Positions 1 to 8,818 of a stretch of DNA of 64,000 bases are shown here, piece after piece. The notes below the pieces were generated by a model. The model saw only the letters and a list, made by a program, of their open reading frames with translations. It made no database searches and was not told where the DNA came from. The DNA lies in the NCBI GenBank assembly GCA_965261385.1, contig CBDHDB010000002.1, forward strand, positions 1,850,314 to 1,914,313, written 5' to 3'. Numbering within the stretch: position 1 is the stretch's first letter; every line of letters starts with the position of its first letter. Both the position numbers and the translations under genes were made by a program. This DNA is from Dehalococcoidia bacterium. Lineage in GTDB: Bacteria; Chloroflexota; Dehalococcoidia; Lucifugimonadales; Australimonadaceae.

Positions 1-192
1 TGGTATATAATCCCCATTCCGGCAGATAGCGCAGCACACCATGGGACGGTTCATCTTCATCGTCTACGGCGGAAACGCCGACGGCTCCGGCGGCACTACC
101 TCCCACCACGTGGAACAGTACACCGTGGAGCAACTGGACGACCTCGTAGTGAAGCTCGTGGAGGAGGAACTGGCGTTCCTAGCACAGTAGCG

Positions 193-297
193 GGCCGGAC
201 ATCGGTTGCTCCTGACTACCGTGCTCCATGTGCTGGCCAACGCAAGGCGTCCGATATGCCGAAGTTGGGTATCCTGAAGCAGGCTGGTCTTCGCTAA
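193..297 (+). pseudogene. possible decayed hicA toxin remnant
   Basis: Reading 253-297 gives DMPKLGILKQAGLR*, a typical HicA C-terminal ending. It stops 12 nt before the hicB-like start. The upstream part is readable only across an in-frame TAG (188-190) and a frame change, so there is no intact ORF. Confidence 0.3.
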
Positions 298-309
298 AGG
301 AGCCTCCCC

Positions 310-517
310 GTGAAGTACGCCATCGTCATCGAGAACACCGGGAACGGCTACGGGGCGTACGCCCCCCGATCTCCCCGGGTGCATAGCCGCCGCCGACACG
401 CTGGAAGAGACCGAGGCGCTGATGCGCGAGGCCATCGGCCATCACCTCGAACTGATGCGCGAGCACGGGGAGCCCGTCCCCGCGCCCACAACCACCACCG
501 CCCTCGTCGAAGCCTGA
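310..517 (+). pseudogene. hicB: HicB-family antitoxin, frame broken at a C-run
   Basis: GTG 310 gives MKYAIVIENTGNGYGAYAP. After the 6-C run at 362-367 the +1 frame continues DLPGCIAAADTLEETEALMREAIGHHLELMREHGEPVPAP...VEA* (stop 515-517). The joined sequence is a canonical HicB N-terminal domain. Confidence 0.7.
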
Positions 518-520
518 GCC

Positions 521-1960
521 CTACGCCTCATCGGCGAGCGCGGGCCATCGGTTGCCCCATGGGCGGGACTTTTCGATGACGGCGGACATCCTCAGCACTC
601 CCACGTCGTCGTGCAGGCGGCCCACGAGTTGCACGGCGAGGGGCAGACCGTTGGAGTGGAAGCCGACGGGCACGGAAGCCGCGGGGTTGTAGGCGTGATT
701 GAATGGCGTGTTGAAGCTCTGCGGCGGCCTGGAACGGTCGGGCTGCTTCACTTCGGCGATCCGCTGCGCCGGGCCCATCTCCGGGCTGAGGAGGAAGTCG
801 TAATCGCGGAACCACTCCTGCATCCGCAGGCCGTAGGCCCGGTTGCGCCGGACGATGCGACGATACTGCCACGCCTTCGCGTGGGGGCCGGCCGCGTACA
901 CCGGCCGCGCCACGTCGCTCAGGTCGTCCAGGTGCTTCTCTAAGAAGTTCGGGATCATGGCCTCGGCGGCGGCGTAATGGTCGCCGGAATACGCCCAGAC
1001 GCCCGGCTCGAGCTCCTCCGGCTCCTCGATGGTCGGAGGGTCGGCCTCGATGATTCGGCACCCCGCGTCCTCGAAGAACTGGGCCATCTCGCGCACGAAG
1101 CCGAGCGCCTCCTCGTCCATCGCGAACCCTCGCCCGAAGTCGTAGCTCACCGCGACGCGGAGCCCGCGCAAGTCGCCCGACGCGAACGCGAGGTAGTCGC
1201 CGACCGCCGGCAGGTTCGACTCGCCATCGCGCGGGTCATATCCGGACAGCGCCTGCAGAATCAGCGCGCTGTCGCGGACGGTGCGGGTCATCGGGCCGTT
1301 GTGGGAACGTCCGGGCGCGGCGCGCCACGTCTGCACCGATGGCATGCGCTGGTACGTCGGCTTCAACGCGAAGATGCCGTTGATGGCCGCGGGCATCCGC
1401 ACGGAACCGCCGGAGTCCGTGCCAATCGCCAGCGGCCCAAGCCCAGCCGCTACCTGCGCCCCCGCCCCGCCGCTCGACCCGCCGCACGTGCGGTCCAGAT
1501 CCCACGGGTTGCGGCCGGGAGGGCTGATGCGGTTGTCCACGGCGCCGTGCAGCGCGAACTCCGGGAGGTTCGTCTTCCCGATGATCACGCCGCCCTCCCG
1601 CCGGATGCGCCTCGCAATCTCCGAGTCGGGCTGGTAGTTGTCGACGAACGCCTTCGAGCCGTAGGTGGTAGGGTGTCCCGCCAGCTCGATGCTGTCCTTG
1701 AGCGAGATGGGCACGCCGCACAGCAACCCGCGCTCTCCCGAGCCAAGCCACGCCGCCTCTGCGGCCTCCGCGGCCTTCATCGCGTCGTCGGTGTTCAGGG
1801 CGAGGAACGCGCTGAGCCTGGGGTTGAGCCTCTCGATGCGGTCGAACACCTCACGGGCCACCTCGACGGGAGAGAACTCGCGCTTTCGGTAGCCGTCGAT
1901 AAGCTCGGCGGCGGAGAGCCGCCAGAAACCGGAATCGGTCATCTCAGTCCTCCTCGCCAC
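521..1960 (-). CDS. amidase (amidase-signature family)
   Basis: 479-aa ORF with the AS signature GGSSGGAGAQVAAGLGPLAIGTDSGGSVRMPAA. Confidence 0.9.
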   Translation of the reverse strand: MARRTEMTDSGFWRLSAAELIDGYRKREFSPVEVAREVFDRIERLNPRLSAFLALNTDDAMKAAEAAEAAWLGSGERGLLCGVPISLKDSIELAGHPTTYGSKAFVDNYQPDSEIARRIRREGGVIIGKTNLPEFALHGAVDNRISPPGRNPWDLDRTCGGSSGGAGAQVAAGLGPLAIGTDSGGSVRMPAAINGIFALKPTYQRMPSVQTWRAAPGRSHNGPMTRTVRDSALILQALSGYDPRDGESNLPAVGDYLAFASGDLRGLRVAVSYDFGRGFAMDEEALGFVREMAQFFEDAGCRIIEADPPTIEEPEELEPGVWAYSGDHYAAAEAMIPNFLEKHLDDLSDVARPVYAAGPHAKAWQYRRIVRRNRAYGLRMQEWFRDYDFLLSPEMGPAQRIAEVKQPDRSRPPQSFNTPFNHAYNPAASVPVGFHSNGLPLAVQLVGRLHDDVGVLRMSAVIEKSRPWGNRWPALADEA

Positions 1961-2030
1961 CGCTACCGCGCTGCCACAACGCCGTTACTGACTCACACTT
2001 ACCTGCGGTTGGAGCGGGGCGGACGAGCGG

Positions 2031-2594
2031 CTACTCGGCAGCCAGCTGCTCTTTCAAGAGCGCGGTCTGCTTGGACATCGGCACGCCGGCCCATCGCGGC
2101 TCGCGGTCCTCCCGCTCGATGGTCAGCTCGATGAGGACGGGGCCGGTCATCGACCAGATCGCCGGCAGACGCTCGAGCAGGTCCTCGGCAGCCTCGATCT
2201 TCAACGCGTCCGCATACCCCGCGCCTTTCGCGAGCGCCACCCAATCGAACCTGCCCTGGGCCGGCAGGTCCTGGTTGCCGGTGCTCTGGTGCAGACCGTT
2301 CGCGAACACGAAGTGGTAGAGGTTGGCGGGCGACTGCCCCGCGATGGTGACGAGCGAGCCCAGCTGCATCAGCAGACTGCCGTCGCCGTCGAGCACCATC
2401 ACCTTCTTGTCGGGCCGGGCCATCGCGAGGCCGAGGCCGATGGAAGACGCGCTCCCCATGCACTGGGAGGCGTCGACGTGGAGCGTCTCGCCCTGCCCTG
2501 CCTGGTGCCACGGGTGAATCGACTGCATCGTCGCGACGGACACAGCGTCGCCGCGGCCCTCGGCAAGAATGTCTATTGCTTCTTGACGTTCCAT
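2031..2594 (-). CDS. TPP-dependent decarboxylase beta subunit (ComE/sulfopyruvate decarboxylase-like)
   Basis: ATG at 2594 (MERQEAIDIL...) lies inside track ORF 2031-3179. It carries the TPP-binding motif LDGDGSLLMQLGSL and is 187 aa, which fits a ComE-type subunit. Confidence 0.8.
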   Translation of the reverse strand: MERQEAIDILAEGRGDAVSVATMQSIHPWHQAGQGETLHVDASQCMGSASSIGLGLAMARPDKKVMVLDGDGSLLMQLGSLVTIAGQSPANLYHFVFANGLHQSTGNQDLPAQGRFDWVALAKGAGYADALKIEAAEDLLERLPAIWSMTGPVLIELTIEREDREPRWAGVPMSKQTALLKEQLAAE

Positions 2595-2596
2595 GG

Positions 2597-3118
2597 CTAA
2601 GTAGTCGGCGCTCCTATGATGACTGCGACGGGGCCCATCTTCTCGTGGGCCTGGCGGTACGCTTTCTCGATGTTCCCCAGGTCCTCCGGGCCTTCGATGC
2701 GATAGTTCGGCACGCCCCAAGTGTCCAGGGTCGGCTCGACCATGCGGACGGCCCGCGATCTGCTCTCCTCGACGGGGAGCATCGGGTCGCGCTGGAACTG
2801 GCCGACGAACATCAGCGTCGGGATTCGCGCGTCGAGCGGGATCGCCTTGATGGTGTTGATCGACGCGAAGATGCCGTTGTTCTGGATGACGAGAACCGGG
2901 TTCTTCCCGCCCATGTACAGTCCGGCGTTGATCCCCATCGCCTCGTCCTCGGTACAAGCGATCATGAAGCGTATGTCCGGATCGCCGGCGAGGAGCGCAA
3001 TGAGCGTCTTCTGGTACGAGTCCGGGATGCAGACGACGTGGTCGACCCCGAGCTTCTTGATCTCGGCGGCGATCAGCTTCGCGTCCACTCCCTTGGCGAC
3101 AGGCTCTGCTTGCGTCAT
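2597..3118 (-). CDS. TPP-dependent decarboxylase alpha subunit (ComD/sulfopyruvate decarboxylase-like)
   Basis: 173-aa ORF with a pyrimidine-binding N-domain pattern (CIPDSYQKTL...TEDEAMGINAGLYMGGK...IQNNG). Its stop is 2 nt before the beta subunit start. Confidence 0.8.
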   Translation of the reverse strand: MTQAEPVAKGVDAKLIAAEIKKLGVDHVVCIPDSYQKTLIALLAGDPDIRFMIACTEDEAMGINAGLYMGGKNPVLVIQNNGIFASINTIKAIPLDARIPTLMFVGQFQRDPMLPVEESRSRAVRMVEPTLDTWGVPNYRIEGPEDLGNIEKAYRQAHEKMGPVAVIIGAPTT

Positions 3119-3120
3119 GC

Positions 3121-4296
3121 CTATGCCCCCGCGATGCAGGAGAGCTCGACCTCTGCATTGTGTTCGAGGTCGACCCCAACGATGTTCATGGTTGGCGGAT
3201 CGCCGCCGAAGCGCTCCTTGGCGAGGGCGACGAACTCGTCCTCGAAGTTGATGTCGTCTAGGAACACATCGAGCCGCAGCACGTTTTCGACGGATGTGTC
3301 GAACCGGTTGAGGGCGGCGTCGAGACGTCGGAGCGCCTGCCGCGCTTGACCGGCCCGGTCTCCGTACAGCTCCTGCTTCACGGCACCCGTGTTCTCGTCG
3401 GCGAGTCCGGAGGCGCCGGACGCGAAGACCAGGCCGTTCGCCTTCACCGCTTGGGCCCGGTCCGAGTCCTCGGCGAGCCAGGCAATCTCCTTCTCTCCGC
3501 CCGGATTGATGGCGACTCCACCAATCTCCATGAGGCCACGGCCGCCCAAGAGCGTGCCGACAGAATAGGCGGCGAAGTGGACCTTGCCGTCGAACCGGCC
3601 CTTCAGTGCGTCACGATAGTGGTCCACGTCGCCGATGCGCTTCAGCGCGCAGTCGGTTCGAACCAGGTCGTCGAGACTGCCGCCGCCCTTTTCGAGGTGC
3701 GACCGCAGCCACTCGTAGGTGTAGAAGAGCTCCATATCGAACTGCTCCGGGACTTCTTCCGCGGCCTCTTCCTCGGTGAACGGGTTGGAGCGGCCCCGCA
3801 CGCCGATGACATAGGTGAAGTCGCCGCAGCGCGTGATGCGCGAGGCCCGTCCGCGATGCGGCTGGTGCACGAACACCTGGCGTTCGAGGTCGGGAGTCAC
3901 CGCCTGGACGACCGCCGTGAGCATGTTCACGCCGCTCATCTTGCATTGGGCGCCGAAGCTCACGGCGAGCTTGTGGCCTTCTTCGCCGAAGTGGTCGGGC
4001 CAGGTCGCCATGCGTTCGAGGCGCCAGTACTGGCCGGACGTGAAGTTCTCGATCCATACCGCGGAGTCGCCGCCGTAGCCCGCCTTCTGCAGACGCAGGG
4101 CCTGCCGCCCATAGGCGTTGTTGCACTGGGGTATGGGCTGGTTGTCGAGCTCCGGGTCAATCTGCTCGGTCTGGATGTCGCGATGGCCGTCAGAGCTGGA
4201 CAAGAAGAGGTGAGGGCCATAGCGGAGCACCGCCGCCATGTTCCTGTTGCGCTCGTCGGCGAGCAGTATCTCCCTGATGTAGCGGTTCTCAGCCAC
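3121..4296 (-). CDS. protein with three tandem RidA/YjgF-like domains
   Basis: GTG at 4296 is 1 nt after the upstream gene's stop, and the track ORF extends to 4359. The 391 aa divide into about three 130-aa units. The C-terminal unit (NGLVFASGASG...VLRLDVFL...MNIVGV..L..NAEVELSCIA) is clearly RidA-like; the first two are more divergent. Confidence 0.7.
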   Translation of the reverse strand: MAENRYIREILLADERNRNMAAVLRYGPHLFLSSSDGHRDIQTEQIDPELDNQPIPQCNNAYGRQALRLQKAGYGGDSAVWIENFTSGQYWRLERMATWPDHFGEEGHKLAVSFGAQCKMSGVNMLTAVVQAVTPDLERQVFVHQPHRGRASRITRCGDFTYVIGVRGRSNPFTEEEAAEEVPEQFDMELFYTYEWLRSHLEKGGGSLDDLVRTDCALKRIGDVDHYRDALKGRFDGKVHFAAYSVGTLLGGRGLMEIGGVAINPGGEKEIAWLAEDSDRAQAVKANGLVFASGASGLADENTGAVKQELYGDRAGQARQALRRLDAALNRFDTSVENVLRLDVFLDDINFEDEFVALAKERFGGDPPTMNIVGVDLEHNAEVELSCIAGA

Positions 4297-4297
4297 G

Positions 4298-5509
4298 CTA
4301 ATTCCCGTTGGGGCCCTGGATCCCGAAGATGCGCTGGGCACGGGCCCAGACCACGTCATGGACGAGCTCAGGGTCTACCCCGCTGAACATGCGCTCCATG
4401 GCGGGCGTCGCGTCCGGCCAGGTCTGGCCCTGCTCGTGCGGGTAATCACAGCCCCAGATGACGCTCTCCCGGATGAGGAACTCGGGGTCGGGAATCATCT
4501 TCGCGCCGATGTAGTCCTCTTCGAACGTGAAGCTCATGTTGTTGTTGATGTAGTGGAGCGGGTCTTCCTTCAGCGGGTAGATCGCGTCCGGCGCCCGGTC
4601 CTTGTAGCAGCGCTGCATCCACTGGAAAAGGAATGGCAGCCACCCGATCCGGCACTCCGCCATCGATACGTGCAGGCTGGGGTGGCGGTCGAACATGCCG
4701 CTGAACACGTACTGGGCGACGTGCTTGCCCGCCGGGTTGAAAGGCACCTGCGAGAAGTGCGCGAGCGACTGCCCGTACTCGTTCGGCGGGTACGGCGTGC
4801 CTGCGGCGTCGCCGATGTGCGCGCAGATCACCGTGCCCGTCTCCTCGGCGGCGGCCCACAGCGGCTCCCAAACGGGCGACCACACACCCTCGGCCATGTC
4901 GTTCGGGCTCAGCTCGACGGCCCGCGCGCCCTGGTCAACCAAGCGGTGCAGCTCATCGACGCAGGTCTCGGGAAAGGCGGCGTGCAGCCACGGCAGCACG
5001 ATCAGGCGGTCGGGAGCGTGGGAGCAGACTTCCAGCGTCCAGTCGTTGAACGCCCGGTAAATCTCCTTCTCCATCTCTTTGTCTTTAAAGACCCACTTGC
5101 GGGTGTTGCCGTAGTAAACGCCCGCGTAAAACTCGCCGATGTCCATGTGCTGGAGCAGTATCTCCGGGTCGGCCGGGGGCAGTTTCCCCTCCTCTACTTC
5201 GATAGGGTCGAACCGCTTGGCGTACTTCGCCCAGTCCTTGCCGTCGGCGGCGAAGGCGTGGATATCGCCTTCCCACTCCCAGGCCGTCCCCTTGGGCGAC
5301 TCGACGACTTTCGGCGCCTTGTCCTTGTACCTGGAGGAGATTCGAGACTGGATGATGTCCTTGGGGTACCACACCAAGTCGATGTGGTTGTCGGCTGAGA
5401 TGTACTTGTAGTCAACATCGGAGCCTACTCGTAAGTCGCGCACGCTCTCGTTGCGCCGACGCGCCGTACCGCCGAGCCTGTCCGCCCGAACGTTCTCTTC
5501 CGGCATCAC
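4298..5509 (-). CDS. Amidohydrolase_2 (ACMSD-like TIM-barrel metal hydrolase) family protein
   Basis: 403-aa ORF with ISADNHIDL near the N-terminus and WGCDYPHEQG near the C-terminus. Confidence 0.85.
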   Translation of the reverse strand: MMPEENVRADRLGGTARRRNESVRDLRVGSDVDYKYISADNHIDLVWYPKDIIQSRISSRYKDKAPKVVESPKGTAWEWEGDIHAFAADGKDWAKYAKRFDPIEVEEGKLPPADPEILLQHMDIGEFYAGVYYGNTRKWVFKDKEMEKEIYRAFNDWTLEVCSHAPDRLIVLPWLHAAFPETCVDELHRLVDQGARAVELSPNDMAEGVWSPVWEPLWAAAEETGTVICAHIGDAAGTPYPPNEYGQSLAHFSQVPFNPAGKHVAQYVFSGMFDRHPSLHVSMAECRIGWLPFLFQWMQRCYKDRAPDAIYPLKEDPLHYINNNMSFTFEEDYIGAKMIPDPEFLIRESVIWGCDYPHEQGQTWPDATPAMERMFSGVDPELVHDVVWARAQRIFGIQGPNGN

Positions 5510-5677
5510 CCGCTCCTTTCGTCCGTGCGCGCCTTACGCACGGAACGGGGGAATCCTAGGATTGCGTAAGGGGGGTGTCAAGGAAACAGCCCCTGGGCAT
5601 CCGTCCACACCCCCCGCCCCTCTCACCGACACGCAGCGATGAGAGAGGGATATTCCCGCGGGAGGCCGATCAGCGGC

Positions 5678-6076
5678 ATGACCATCATCTACTCCACAGA
5701 CGATACGCCCAACGTGGCCGAGGTGAGCGAGCTCCTGCGCGACGGCCACTTCAACCGGCCGTTCGACGACCTGCCGCGTATGGAACGGATGCTCCGCAAT
5801 GCCGACGTCATCGTCACCGCTAGGGACGGCGGCGCGCTCGTCGGCGGCGTCCGTGGACTGGCGGACTACTCCAGCCAGGCCTTCGTAACCGAGCTGGTCG
5901 TCGCTTCCCCGTACAAAGGCATGGGCATCGGGCGCGAGCTGCTGCGGCTCTTCCGGGAGCAGGCAGGCGACGAGTGCGCCATCACCCTCCACTCGAGCCC
6001 GGAGGGTCACGCCTTCTACGAGCACCTCAGGTGGGACCCGCTAACTCGCGCCTGGCGTCTGCCCCGCACCAAGTAA
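5678..6076 (+). CDS. GNAT family N-acetyltransferase
   Basis: VVASPYKGMGIGRELL acetyl-CoA-binding motif. ATG 5678 is preceded by GGGAGG; the alternative start 5639 is listed in the track. Confidence 0.8.
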   Translation: MTIIYSTDDTPNVAEVSELLRDGHFNRPFDDLPRMERMLRNADVIVTARDGGALVGGVRGLADYSSQAFVTELVVASPYKGMGIGRELLRLFREQAGDECAITLHSSPEGHAFYEHLRWDPLTRAWRLPRTK

Positions 6077-6182
6077 GTTCCCCGCATGTCCTGCGCATTC
6101 CCGCCGTGCTCTCCCGCTATACTGTGCGGCCCGGTCGCCGAACGGCGCAGGCGCGCTGCCGACGCCGGGCGAGGAGAGGTTC

Positions 6183-6761
6183 GTGCGGAAGAAATGGATA
6201 ATAGCCGCCGTGGCCGGAGGGCTCGCCGTGCTGGCCGTCCTAGGGGGCGCTGTCCTAGCCTGCAACCTTGGCGGCCCGGACGATCAAGGAGAGCACGGGG
6301 AAGGCGGCGGGGATTCCGGCGAACCTGGTGAGCGTCAAGGCAACGAGCACGAGACGGGCGGCGAGGAGCCGGCGGAGCAGCTGACCAAGCAACAGAGCTA
6401 CGACCGGCAGCGGGCCGGCGCCCGGCTCATCCTCACGTACGACGCCGACACCAATTCCTTCTCCGGGACCGTCCAAAACACCACTGATGTCACGCTAAAC
6501 CGCGTACGCGTCGAGGTCCACCTGTCCAACGGCGTCGAGCTCGGCCCGACTACTCCCGCAGACCTCGCTCCCGGCCAGGACCTCTACGTAGCCCTCGGTT
6601 CGTCACCCCCGCCCTTCGAGACTTGGAGCGCCCATGTGGAAGTCGGCGGCGGGGACAGTCCCGGCTCCGAGAGCTCGGGAGAACACAGCGGCAACGAGCG
6701 CCAAGGCCCCACCGAAGGCGAGGACGGCAGCCGCAGCGAGCACACCGGCGGCGGCTCCTGA
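6183..6761 (+). CDS. predicted lipoprotein with Gly/Glu/His-rich tails
   Basis: Signal peptide plus lipobox (AVLAC). A beta-rich core of about 90 aa is flanked by low-complexity G/E/S tracts containing four E-H dyads. Confidence 0.6.
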   Translation: MRKKWIIAAVAGGLAVLAVLGGAVLACNLGGPDDQGEHGEGGGDSGEPGERQGNEHETGGEEPAEQLTKQQSYDRQRAGARLILTYDADTNSFSGTVQNTTDVTLNRVRVEVHLSNGVELGPTTPADLAPGQDLYVALGSSPPPFETWSAHVEVGGGDSPGSESSGEHSGNERQGPTEGEDGSRSEHTGGGS

Positions 6762-6799
6762 CGAGGGGCTGCCCGCCTCTCGTTCCCATCCCCTCTCGG

Positions 6800-7099
6800 C
6801 TAAGAACCCAGGACGGCTTGTCGAAGCGCGGCGTTCGCCCGCGTCTGCCATCCGGGGCCGTCCTGGCGAAGCCGCGCAACCACGTCGGCATCGAGGCGAA
6901 TCGTGACCCGCGTCTTGCCGCGAGCCTCTCGTGCTTCGCGCTCCGCGAGGAGTCGCGCCACGAGTTCCGGGTGGACCTCAGCCGTACGACGGAACGGGCC
7001 CGTCGCCTCCCACGTATCAGAGTTGGAGGCAATGTCCGCGTTGATCGCCGCCTCTTCCTCAGGCGTCGGCCAAATAGTGCCTGGCTTAAGCTTGGGCAT
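6800..7099 (-). CDS. brnA: BrnA antitoxin
   Basis: C-terminal TRVTIRLDADVVARLRQDGPGWQTRANAALRQAV matches the BrnA pattern (isiRld..v..fk..G.GYQtriN). It overlaps brnT by 14 nt. Confidence 0.85.
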   Translation of the reverse strand: MPKLKPGTIWPTPEEEAAINADIASNSDTWEATGPFRRTAEVHPELVARLLAEREAREARGKTRVTIRLDADVVARLRQDGPGWQTRANAALRQAVLGS

Positions 7100-7346
7100 A
7101 GCGTCTCATCTCCCTTGGACTAGCCTTTCGCATACTAATGATACGAGTGTTCCCGCCCCGTGCGGTGTACACCACAACGTGTAGGCGATTGCCAATGTAA
7201 CCTAGCGCGAGCGTGCGCCGCTCTCCATAACGAATCTGCTCTTCCTTTAGCGATGTCTCCCACTGAAAGCGCTCAATCTCCTCAAAGTCAATGCCACGTA
7301 TCTCCAAGTTAATCTGGCGCTTGGCTTCATCCCATTCGTATGGCAT
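7086..7346 (-). CDS. brnT: BrnT toxin (DUF497 ribonuclease)
   Basis: MPYEWDEAKRQINLEIRGIDFEE...GERRTLALGYIGNRLHVVVYTARGGNTRIISMRKAS is a typical DUF497/BrnT sequence. Confidence 0.9.
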   Translation of the reverse strand: MPYEWDEAKRQINLEIRGIDFEEIERFQWETSLKEEQIRYGERRTLALGYIGNRLHVVVYTARGGNTRIISMRKASPREMRRYAQA

Positions 7347-7396
7347 CTCTTAGTGTATGTACACAATCGAGCGCGGGCAAGGCAACGCCCCAGCGC

Positions 7397-8650
7397 CTAC
7401 CGCAGGTTGCGTAGCGTCTTCGAGAACAGCGCTTCCCATATCCCGTAGACGACGATTACGCCCCCCGCCGTCGCCAGCGCGACGCGCCCCCCGAACGCCT
7501 CCGCGAGCGCCGTGATGCCCAGCACGGCAAGGGGTATCAGGCCGCCAATCATGGCGTTCAACGCCTGAACGCGCCCGCGCATCTCCCGGTCCGAGTAGGA
7601 CTGAAGCGCGGCAAGGTGCACCACCGTCCGACCCGAGTGTCCCACCCCGATCGGCAGCATCAGGAACAGCGACAGCACGTACCAGTTGGAGGCGGCGAAC
7701 GCCACGACCCCTGCGCCGAACAGCGTGAAGAACCCCACCAGCAGCAAGCCCTTGCGCTGGAAGTCCCCCAGCGACGCCGCGCTGGTGGATCCCAGCAGCG
7801 ACCCGATGCCGAAGAACGTGAACAGCAGCCCAACGCCATCGGCCCCTATCCCCAACAGGTCCTGCGCCAGCGGCAGCAGGTGTTGGAACGGCTGGCCAAA
7901 GACCGTGATTACGAAACCGATCAGGATGAGGTTCCGGATGACCGGCTCCTGCTTGATGTAGCGGAACCCGTCCATTGGGGAGCCGCCGCGCCGCCGCGAC
8001 TGCCGCCCTGCGGCGCCGTGTACGGGAACCGCGAGCATGAGTAGCATCCCCACCACATAGAGGCCAACGATGAGGAAGTACGCCCACTCCGGCCCGACCC
8101 GCGCGAACAGGATGCCCGCGATCAGCGGCATCACCACTCTGTTCGCGTTCTGCGACATCGTGTGCAGGCCCGTCGCGTTCAGCAGGTGGCCCTCATCCAC
8201 CAGCCCTCCGATGATTGCCCGGCGCGTCGGCGTGACAAATACCATCACCGAGCCTTGGAATACGCCGATGATGGTGATATGCCACCAGTCCAGCAGGCCG
8301 AGCATCACCCCAACGGCAGAGATGACCGCGAACACCACCATCAACCCGCCCGCCACTATCAGGATGTTGCGCATCGACGTCTTGTCCGCCAGCGCGCCGG
8401 CGAACGGCGACAGCACGAGGGACGGCGCGTTGTTCGCCGCAATCACGATGCCCAGGACGATGGGAGCGCGGTCGGCGAGGTCGAAGGCGAGGACCGGCCT
8501 AACGAGCACCATCGCCTGCATCGCGCCGAAATAGAAGAGCATCGCGATGAAGTAGCGCCGGTAGGCGGGTATCGACAGCGAGTCGAATGTACGGGGCCAG
8601 CGGCGGCCCCGGCGTTCGCCCGCGGCGGGTATGGGATGCTGTTCTGCCAT
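7397..8650 (-). CDS. MFS transporter
   Basis: Multi-TM ORF. ATG 8650 (MAEQHP...) is chosen over the track start 8749. Confidence 0.8.
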   Translation of the reverse strand: MAEQHPIPAAGERRGRRWPRTFDSLSIPAYRRYFIAMLFYFGAMQAMVLVRPVLAFDLADRAPIVLGIVIAANNAPSLVLSPFAGALADKTSMRNILIVAGGLMVVFAVISAVGVMLGLLDWWHITIIGVFQGSVMVFVTPTRRAIIGGLVDEGHLLNATGLHTMSQNANRVVMPLIAGILFARVGPEWAYFLIVGLYVVGMLLMLAVPVHGAAGRQSRRRGGSPMDGFRYIKQEPVIRNLILIGFVITVFGQPFQHLLPLAQDLLGIGADGVGLLFTFFGIGSLLGSTSAASLGDFQRKGLLLVGFFTLFGAGVVAFAASNWYVLSLFLMLPIGVGHSGRTVVHLAALQSYSDREMRGRVQALNAMIGGLIPLAVLGITALAEAFGGRVALATAGGVIVVYGIWEALFSKTLRNLR

Positions 8651-8818
8651 CTCGGCGATGCTACCCCTAGCTCCCGTCGTTTGCCACACGTCCCCCTGAG
8701 AGGTGGGGGGCCACACAACGTCCGCCGGGGGTGTGGGGGTGACCCCCACAACGTGATAAAACGGATGCGGCCCGAAGAGCCGTCAACGAACAACCCAAAG
8801 AGTCCAAGGGAGAACGTC

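Noticed and set aside
64-435. 123-aa minus-strand ORF at the window start
   Set aside because: It lies antisense to the hicA remnant and the hicB-like gene. It has a Ser/Arg/Ala-rich low-complexity translation and no recognisable motif. It is a typical high-G+C shadow ORF.
2031-3179. Single 382-aa ORF in the track
   Set aside because: Only its C-terminal 187 aa (from ATG 2594) look like a TPP-binding beta subunit. The N-terminal half is an Arg/His-rich out-of-frame overlay of the genuine alpha-subunit gene 2597-3118.
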